A stretch of 64,000 bases of DNA from the IMG/VR virus record IMGVR_UViG_3300031787_000080. One strand, 5' to 3'. The notes under the pieces are model-generated. The model saw nothing but the letters and a program-made list of their open reading frames with translations. It ran no database searches and had not been told where the DNA came from. Below, piece after piece: positions 57,614-64,000 of the stretch (positions within the stretch are counted from its first letter, which is position 1; each line of letters opens with the position of its first letter). Origin of the DNA: an uncultured virus (IMG/VR IMGVR_UViG_3300031787_000080) (taxonomy: Duplodnaviria > Heunggongvirae > Uroviricota > Caudoviricetes). Both the position numbers and the translations under genes were made by a program.

Positions 57614-57853
57614 ATGTTGATTCAAGTGTATGACAGTCTTGACGGCAATTATGTCGGCGGCATCTACAAAGTCACTCGCAATGATGGCGGAGACCAATCG
57701 CAACACCAATTCATTGATGCTTGGGCTCGTGCTGTGGAACAAGCGAAAAGCATTGGAGAGGATTGGGGAGAAGATGACATTTTCGAGGCTCTGAAAGAGT
57801 TTGGTTGGGAAGTCGTGCTTCCAGCCATTGACATTTTGCCAGTACAATACTAA
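57614..57853 (+). CDS. Hypothetical protein
   Basis: After promoter. Confidence 0.65.
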   Translation: MLIQVYDSLDGNYVGGIYKVTRNDGGDQSQHQFIDAWARAVEQAKSIGEDWGEDDIFEALKEFGWEVVLPAIDILPVQY

Positions 57854-57854
57854 A

Positions 57855-58184
57855 ATGACCGCAAAACAAGCAAAAGAAATTCAACAAGAAGTCATTGTGA
57901 AGCAAAACAATGATAACGCAAGCATCATCGACAATCTTCTTGAAAAGGGTATTTTTAAGAAGATTGAAGACGCGGCTAGGGATGGTAGAAATTCAACTCG
58001 TATTGGGCGTCCTTACCACGATACTGGTTTTGAAACTCCAGAATTCCGTTGTGGCGACTTTAGCCTAAATTATGTTTTGGGCTTCATTGACAACAATGCG
58101 ATGCGCGAGATTATCATTCAAAAACTCAAAAACCTGGGATATACTGTGTCTGTTGAGGCCTCTAGTTTGATAATTGAGTGGTAA
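57855..58184 (+). CDS. Hypothetical protein
   Basis: MTA..A...I.DAA.DG...LK.LGY.V....I.W pattern. Confidence 0.7.
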   Translation: MTAKQAKEIQQEVIVKQNNDNASIIDNLLEKGIFKKIEDAARDGRNSTRIGRPYHDTGFETPEFRCGDFSLNYVLGFIDNNAMREIIIQKLKNLGYTVSVEASSLIIEW

Positions 58185-58232
58185 AAATCCTTTCTTTTCA
58201 TTGATGCAATCGGATATATGATTTAGGTCACG

Positions 58233-58517
58233 ATGAGAAACGAAGACGCCTCTAGCATTAATTTTGACATTGATAAGCCCTTTCATGTATTTATTTGCGA
58301 TGGATGTCGGGAGGCTGGCCCGTATACTCAATATGGCATAAGTCATCTTGACGCTGCTGGTCGCTTTGCAGAACGATGGAACAAGAATCTTATGTCATGC
58401 TCTAAATCGCATTATGGCTATGGGAAACAATGGGAGGAAGCCCCCCGTAAACCTGAACAGTACGCAAACCATCACTATTTCCAAGACGAGCGAGGCAACA
58501 AACTCTTGATTATCTAA
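58233..58517 (+). CDS. Hypothetical protein with CxxC
   Basis: After promoter variant. Confidence 0.6.
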   Translation: MRNEDASSINFDIDKPFHVFICDGCREAGPYTQYGISHLDAAGRFAERWNKNLMSCSKSHYGYGKQWEEAPRKPEQYANHHYFQDERGNKLLII

Positions 58518-58611
58518 CCAAGAGTTTGTTGCAATATAATTATTTTTCACGACAAAATGATCGTGCCGCATAACCATAGAAAGTTATAAAAAAGAAGGGG
58601 GCAGTGCCCCC

Positions 58612-59298
58612 TTAGTGTTTGAGAAAAGCAATATCTTTCTTATGCTTGGGATTGAAGCACAGACGACAGGCCGCGCAATTTGTTTTCTTATCACTTCCTT
58701 TATGAAGTGCCAAGTCATAAGGGCAAAGAGTCGTATTATCGTCCTGGTCTGCAATCGTATCAATGACTTGCGCGGTTCGGAATCCGTTATCCTTCGCAAT
58801 CTTGCGCTCAATCGGAGACTCTACAGAGGCCACAATATGTAGGTTTTCGGGGAAACTTCCCTTGGCATAACTGAAGCCCGCCGCAATCATACAACGCACG
58901 TCATGAGTATACGTCCATACCGTCACGTCGGGATTCTGCTTGCACCATTCAATAACTTCCGTTAGATACGGCACGTCTAGCGCATGAACACCGTTCCCGT
59001 CAGAAGTAAAGAAGTCGCCAGAAGTATGCAAACGAACCAATCTGGCACCTTTTGAAGTCAGGCGGTCAAGGTCATCATGCCGCGCCGCAGACTTTTTTTG
59101 TTGCTGATTTACAAGAAACTTCCGAGTGTAACACCCTCCGCCCTTACTCGGCAAGTGAGGACAGGTGCCAGGACAGGTGCCTTCACCCTTGCCAGCATCC
59201 CCGACAGGGCGATAAGTCGTCGCCACCTTATTGAGTTTATCCTTGGGGTCGCTCAGTTTGGAGTTCTGCGACCAAGGAGAAATCAAAGTCGTGTTCAT
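58612..59298 (-). CDS. Gp88-like Cys-rich (radical-SAM-like fold) phage protein
   Basis: NSKL, TCP..CP....GCY, VRLH.SGDF, W.YT, SVE, CP, C..C.LC; reverse promoter at ~59303-59341. Confidence 0.7.
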   Translation of the reverse strand: MNTTLISPWSQNSKLSDPKDKLNKVATTYRPVGDAGKGEGTCPGTCPHLPSKGGGCYTRKFLVNQQQKKSAARHDDLDRLTSKGARLVRLHTSGDFFTSDGNGVHALDVPYLTEVIEWCKQNPDVTVWTYTHDVRCMIAAGFSYAKGSFPENLHIVASVESPIERKIAKDNGFRTAQVIDTIADQDDNTTLCPYDLALHKGSDKKTNCAACRLCFNPKHKKDIAFLKH

Positions 59299-59415
59299 GC
59301 TTTATATATCCGATTGTGCTACGGCAGAAAGGGGATTTTTTATGACTTTCTAAGGTTATGTGCCACGATCATAAAAAATCCCTTGCTTTTTGTGTTTCAA
59401 GCGGATATATAAGAT

Positions 59416-59892
59416 ATGTTGATTTTGCCTAAGTTTCACAGCCGATTTGGTGATAAGGGTTTTGCACGCACGCTAGGCAGGCTTATCAGATTTTATTTTT
59501 GGCCTGTTGCCTTTTTTGTCATTTCTCTTGTCTGCCGATTTCAGACTAACCATCATGCAGCGTTTATCTTTAGTGTAGCCACACTGGGAGTGGTAATCGT
59601 TCTGTGCGTTTTATCGGGGTTCGTTGCAAAACTTTCTGAGTCAAGCAATGAACAAGTAGATGCTTTTTGGGCTTTTCTTTCGCATACGGCAAAGGGCATT
59701 TCTGTTGGGTTTTCGCTTTCTGTTTTGAGTTTCATCTTGTGCGTGGCAAGCGTTGTAATTTATAACACCCAAGTCAATGACTTGGTGTCTATAACTCTAT
59801 CGTCTCTTATCGTGGCAAATCTTGTGGTAATGGGCTCTATCGTAAAAGAAACCTTTGAAGACATCGTGCTTGCTTTTAGGGAGCAAAAATAA
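59416..59892 (+). CDS. Four-TM membrane protein
   Basis: Four hydrophobic segments. Confidence 0.7.
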   Translation: MLILPKFHSRFGDKGFARTLGRLIRFYFWPVAFFVISLVCRFQTNHHAAFIFSVATLGVVIVLCVLSGFVAKLSESSNEQVDAFWAFLSHTAKGISVGFSLSVLSFILCVASVVIYNTQVNDLVSITLSSLIVANLVVMGSIVKETFEDIVLAFREQK

Positions 59893-59986
59893 TGCGACAC
59901 TATATCATTTTTATGACTTTCTACGATTGTGTGGCACGATCATAAAAAATCCCCCTAATAAAGCTGAGTAATCGGATATATAATGT

Positions 59987-60066
59987 GGGGCAAATAGCTC
60001 AGTAAAGACATATGGGAATGTAACAGTAGAGGTTTCCGCGTATGTTCAAATCCTGTTGCTCCACCA
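59987..60066 (+). ncRNA. tRNA-like RNA with Ala identity (G3:U70, A73, CCA), no anticodon arm
   Basis: GGGGCAA/TTGCTCC-A-CCA, TAGCTCAG, GTTCAAATC; own promoter. Confidence 0.6.
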
Positions 60067-60107
60067 AAAATCCCCTATATTTTCCGCGTTCATGCCATAT
60101 ATAAACT

Positions 60108-60290
60108 ATGGCAAAATACACTGTCACCTGCTACAATCCTCACTGCGGCCAAAATGGTCAAGTCATCAATAAAATTGACGTTGACGAGGCTAACGAAAAT
60201 CTACTCGTAGAAAACTTTGGTCAAGGAGGAGAAGATGAAGAAGATTTTTGTGAAGAGTGCGGAATGTTAGGGGTTTTGGAAGAAGCCTAA
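60108..60290 (+). CDS. Small zinc-ribbon protein
   Basis: C.N..C and C..CG. Confidence 0.65.
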   Translation: MAKYTVTCYNPHCGQNGQVINKIDVDEANENLLVENFGQGGEDEEDFCEECGMLGVLEEA

Positions 60291-60299
60291 AACCATTTT

Positions 60300-60647
60300 T
60301 TGAGGAAAAAATCGAAGGAGAAAATCGAAGTGAACAACCAAACCGTAACAATCCCGCAGGTGGGCATGGGAGCCACTCAATGCGTCGGCTCTGACCGACG
60401 AGCGTATACAGTCGTTGAAATTATCAATGACCGAAAAATTGTCCTCCAGCGAGACAAGGTAAAGCGCATCGACTCGAACGGTTTTAGCACAGAACAAAAG
60501 TACTCTTATGAACCAAACCCCAATGGTCACGAAGTTGTTGTGACTTTACGCAAGAATGGACGATGGTGCGAGGTTGGAGAGGCCATCGACAACGGAGTTC
60601 AATATGTAGTTGGGCATCGAAAAGAATACGACGACCCGCACTTCTAA
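60300..60647 (+). CDS. Hypothetical phage protein
   Basis: P.VGMGAT...GSDR.AYTV...LRKNGRW...G.R.EY.DP.F. Confidence 0.75.
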   Translation: MRKKSKEKIEVNNQTVTIPQVGMGATQCVGSDRRAYTVVEIINDRKIVLQRDKVKRIDSNGFSTEQKYSYEPNPNGHEVVVTLRKNGRWCEVGEAIDNGVQYVVGHRKEYDDPHF

Positions 60648-60784
60648 AACAAAAGCAAAAGACAATGGTATCTAAGAAAATGATGCCATTGTCTTTTGCG
60701 AAAAAATCGAAAAATCGTGGCACACAATCGCAGAAAGTCATAAAAAATCCCTTATCTTTGAGATTCTAATCGGATATATAAATT

Positions 60785-60997
60785 ATGAAGAAGTTTCTCC
60801 TTTTCGCTGGCGAATATACTCCCGAGGGAGGAATGAAAGATTTTCAGGCCTCTGATGACAATGTCGATGCTCTTTACAGAATTTTGTCTTACGAAATGGT
60901 CAAGCATGATTGGCGATGGTGGCATATTGTTGATAGAGACACTATGAACATTGTTTCAGACAGCAAGTTCCCCGAAGATGGTCCGACCCGAGTGTAA
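60785..60997 (+). CDS. Hypothetical protein, paralog family I
   Basis: MKKFLLFAG...WWHIV shared with 60999. Confidence 0.75.
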   Translation: MKKFLLFAGEYTPEGGMKDFQASDDNVDALYRILSYEMVKHDWRWWHIVDRDTMNIVSDSKFPEDGPTRV

Positions 60998-60998
60998 A

Positions 60999-61196
60999 AT
61001 GAAGAAGTTTCTCCTTTTCGCTGGCTCTTTCCCAAATGAGGGGCAAGGCTGGCGAGATTATAAGTTCACAGCAGATACGATAGGGGAGGTTCACGCCTTC
61101 CTTGCCAACTACATGGTAAACGAAATGGTGGGCTGGTGGCATATTGTATCTGCGGAAACGATGGAAATTGTAGATAATAACAAGCCGATTCATTGA
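60999..61196 (+). CDS. Hypothetical protein, paralog family I
   Basis: Tandem duplicate of 60785. Confidence 0.75.
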   Translation: MKKFLLFAGSFPNEGQGWRDYKFTADTIGEVHAFLANYMVNEMVGWWHIVSAETMEIVDNNKPIH

Positions 61197-61315
61197 TAAG
61201 GGCAATTCGTTGAAAAGCGAAAAGTCCTTTTTTCACGCCTTAATGATCGTGCCGCACAATCGTAGAAAGTCATAAAAAATGGGGGCCAATCCCCCATTTT
61301 TTATCTTAGTCCTTT

Positions 61316-62191
61316 TTAGGCCGTCGCCAGTTCTTTCTTTGCTTCCAGGCTCTTGGCCTTGCCTCGGCCCATAATGAAGTTTGCGGCTTTCCCCGCAAGT
61401 CCTGCGGCCTGCACGACCATTTTGGGGTCGTCATTCAGAACCTTGAGCCAGCCCTGAATATAGGCCTGGGTGTTCTCGGTGTCATTGTCGATGCCGATTT
61501 CTTGGCAGAGAAAGGCGGCTGTGAGTTCTGCTACCAGTTCCTCGCGGCTGTAACCTTCCTTGTCAAGCGTTGAGATTTGCATGACTTCGGGTCGAGCCAA
61601 TCGGGATTCGTGGCCCGTCGCGTGACCAAGTTCATGGAATAAGGTCGCGTAATAGGCTTCGGAACTGACAAAAGATTCGATAATAGGCATTTGGACCCAA
61701 TCGCCATAAGGCGAATAACAGGCACGATTTCCACCGTGACGAATCTCAGGCACCAGCGGCATTTCTTGGACCACTTCCTCACAACGTTCGATGCGGCGAT
61801 TGTCTTTCAGTTCCTCAATCGGCGGCAGGTCGAGCCCTTCGGTTTGCTCCACATTGAAAACATAAAATTGCTTCAATACGGGGTAGGAACCTGTCTTGCC
61901 AGTCTTATCATCCTCATAACTCACCTGCTTCCAGAACACAATCGGTGTGCCCTTCTCGCCCTTCTTGATTCGCCCGCCCATCTTGTTGATTTGATTGCAA
62001 GTCATCCAGCGCGGGTCGGCAAAGGTAGACATTGACAAAAGCAGAAGGTTGAGCCCGCTATACTTGGTTCCGCTACTGGGGTTGCAGGGTCGAATCACCG
62101 ACCAGGGTCGCTTCCAAGCAACGTTTCCGCTCTTTAGGCCCTCGATGATGGTGTTGGTTACGATTTCGTAGACTTCGGACTTCTTCTTCAT
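61316..62191 (-). CDS. ardC: ArdC-like ssDNA-binding antirestriction protein
   Basis: W.RPW, Y.G.N...L, W.T..Q....G..I.KGEKG, VFN..Q, A.Y.P..D...MP, HELGH.TGH..RL.R, Y..EELVAE, AYI..WL..L. Confidence 0.9.
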   Translation of the reverse strand: MKKKSEVYEIVTNTIIEGLKSGNVAWKRPWSVIRPCNPSSGTKYSGLNLLLLSMSTFADPRWMTCNQINKMGGRIKKGEKGTPIVFWKQVSYEDDKTGKTGSYPVLKQFYVFNVEQTEGLDLPPIEELKDNRRIERCEEVVQEMPLVPEIRHGGNRACYSPYGDWVQMPIIESFVSSEAYYATLFHELGHATGHESRLARPEVMQISTLDKEGYSREELVAELTAAFLCQEIGIDNDTENTQAYIQGWLKVLNDDPKMVVQAAGLAGKAANFIMGRGKAKSLEAKKELATA

Positions 62192-62330
62192 TAGTCTGCC
62201 TCTCTTTATATATCCGATTAGACTACGATAGAAAGGGGATTTTTTATGGCTTTCTGAGATTATGGGCCACGATCATTAAAAATCCCCTTTTCAAGTAAAT
62301 TCATATAATATAATAGAAAGAAAGGCAAAA

Positions 62331-62493
62331 TTCGCCCGAATTAAATATCGGATTAATGAAGCGAACACATGAATAAATCATGTGGTGACATTGAAAATAA
62401 AGAGGCCGTAAAGATAAGACTTGGCATCCAAGTCAATGCCGTGAAGCCAAGGGCCAACGACATCTGGTGGAGCCTTACCACCACCGAGGCGAA
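62331..62493 (+). ncRNA. Structured RNA candidate, family X copy 2
   Basis: Ends identical to 38081-38221; own promoter. Confidence 0.65.
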
Positions 62494-62671
62494 AAATTAC
62501 TTGACAATCGGAAAAATCCCCCTTTTCCACTAACACAATCGGATATATAAGCAGGTGTCCAGGGGGCGGTGAAAGTCCGCAAGGCGGCTGCAGAGTCATG
62601 AATCTGCAGTGCGGCTGGTTTCCTCTGCGCTTGCGCAAGACCACCCTGGCGAGCCTTCACAAGAGAGAAAT

Positions 62672-62884
62672 ATGCACGAGTTTGGTATAACTTTCCAAAA
62701 CATCCATGGCGAAACATATGACAGCCCCGAATATGTTGGTCTTACGCTGCCGTTTCGCCCAAATGTTGGTGATGAAATCCTGATTGTGGGGGCAGGAGGA
62801 AAATCCTACAGAGTCTTGAAAGTTGAATATTGCGCTGGGCCATCGTTTGGTGACTTTCTTCTCACCGTCGAACCCGTGGTGTAA
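62672..62884 (+). CDS. Hypothetical protein
   Basis: LPF.P.VGD.I motif. Confidence 0.6.
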   Translation: MHEFGITFQNIHGETYDSPEYVGLTLPFRPNVGDEILIVGAGGKSYRVLKVEYCAGPSFGDFLLTVEPVV

Positions 62885-62925
62885 AAAATCCCCTATATCT
62901 TTTCATCACAAAAGATATAACAAGT

Positions 62926-63162
62926 ATGCTGGAACAGCTGACTCTTGAACATCACGGCGACTTTCATTGCGTGCGTGAGTTTTGGGATTGTGAATGTGAT
63001 GATGATTACATTCGGGGCAATGATGACCACAAGTGCGAAAAGTGCGGCATTGAACGCGATGATGCGCCAAACTCTCGACTGACCGAAGTGATTGAACGCT
63101 ATCCCGATTTGGAGAACGTTCCCTGGGTCATTGACCAAGCGTCCAAGAGCTTCATTCACTAA
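62926..63162 (+). CDS. Small Cys-rich protein
   Basis: FWDCEC...YI....C..CG....D.P.SR..EV. Confidence 0.7.
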   Translation: MLEQLTLEHHGDFHCVREFWDCECDDDYIRGNDDHKCEKCGIERDDAPNSRLTEVIERYPDLENVPWVIDQASKSFIH

Positions 63163-63257
63163 AGGTTCAAACAAAAAAGAGGGCATTGCCCTCTTTTTTA
63201 TAACTTTCCATGATTATGGGCCACGATCATTAAAAATGGAAACAAAAAAATGAGACC

Positions 63258-63440
63258 CTATAAGGGCCTCTCGGAGATTTCTTTCTTCCATTCGGTAATG
63301 GTTCGATACCATCCTGGGTACGTATCGGTTTTCCATCCGCCTTGGTATCTAAAGATATTACAAACCGCCACCCAGCCGTGACCATTGTGATAGCCAATTT
63401 GCTTCGAGCCGTCTGACAAAACCGTGGTTTGGATTCTCAT
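63258..63440 (-). CDS. Small hypothetical protein
   Basis: ATGA overlap with upstream minus-strand gene. Confidence 0.55.
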   Translation of the reverse strand: MRIQTTVLSDGSKQIGYHNGHGWVAVCNIFRYQGGWKTDTYPGWYRTITEWKKEISERPL

Positions 63441-63649
63441 TGCGACTTTGCATTGCTGCGAACTTGGCAGCAGTGACAGGGAAAAAACATGTTATTCACC
63501 AAAATCATAAGAATGGCGACATTAAGCCAATCTTGAGTATCAAGTGGAATGCCCAGCGAGAAAACAGAATTACACAGCACAAGAAGAGCCAACGGGATGA
63601 GAGTGATTGTGTTATTGATGATATTGTTCTTGATGGTCGAAAAACTCAC
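63437..63649 (-). CDS. Small membrane protein
   Basis: Reverse promoter at ~63654-63691; two hydrophobic segments. Confidence 0.6.
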   Translation of the reverse strand: MSFSTIKNNIINNTITLIPLALLVLCNSVFSLGIPLDTQDWLNVAILMILVNNMFFPCHCCQVRSNAKSQ

Positions 63650-63738
63650 ACTTTATATATCCGATTAGACCACGAAAAACAAGGGATTTTTCAATAATCG
63701 TGACACATAATCTCAGAAAGTTATAAAAAATCCGCTTC

Positions 63739-63999
63739 CTAAAAGGAAACGGATTTGAGTGTGTCTAGTATGGCTTCGTTCGATTTGATTTCGGCTTCCA
63801 TTTCTTTAAGTCTTTGTTTAGCCCGAGGTATCGAATCCGATAAACGCCTAATTCTATCCTTTCTCCACTTTTCAAGATTCCCCCGCAAAATGTCATTGTC
63901 CAAAATCGCTTTCACCACCAAGTCCTGAAGTTCTTGAGGCACTTGAAACGACTGGCGTCCAGGTCCATGTTTATTGGGCTCCCATCCTTTGAAACGCCA
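63739..63999 (-). CDS. Hypothetical protein, 5'-truncated by window edge
   Basis: Frame stays open to the window end; coiled-coil tail. Confidence 0.55.
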   Translation of the reverse strand, partial: WRFKGWEPNKHGPGRQSFQVPQELQDLVVKAILDNDILRGNLEKWRKDRIRRLSDSIPRAKQRLKEMEAEIKSNEAILDTLKSVSF

Positions 64000-64000
64000 T

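Noticed and set aside
62551..62634. FMN riboswitch or group II intron fragment (GGTGAAAGTCC)
   Set aside because: Only this short motif matches; the other conserved elements are absent.

Overview
This is a 64-kb segment of a large (jumbo-type) bacteriophage genome. About 120 mostly short, co-oriented genes are present. Most lie just downstream of a bipartite promoter-like motif (AAAAATCCCC-N~15-GATCGGATATATA, roughly 80 copies by eye) placed so close to the ATG that the mRNAs are probably leaderless. Recognisable proteins include an RNA ligase, metallophosphoesterase, PncB, pyrimidine-dimer glycosylase-family protein, rIIA/rIIB, GH108 lysozyme, DUF262, WGR-PARP, macrodomain, nucleotidyltransferase, DUF2786/SprT pair, ArdC and three tRNA-adjacent homing endonucleases. 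There are 19 tRNA genes, including a group I intron-containing tRNA-Leu(UAA) and two 8/4-type tRNA-Ser, plus a split tRNA and several tRNA-like or large structured ncRNA candidates. The most striking signal is that three tRNA clusters are each preceded by an unannotated leader-peptide ORF whose codons match the amino acids, and often the anticodons, of the tRNAs downstream (Leu; Gly/Ser/Thr; Gln/Arg/Cys). Two of these leaders have clear terminator/antiterminator alternatives, which points to ribosome-mediated attenuation controlling phage tRNA supply. All calls come from reading the sequence by eye; no searches were run.
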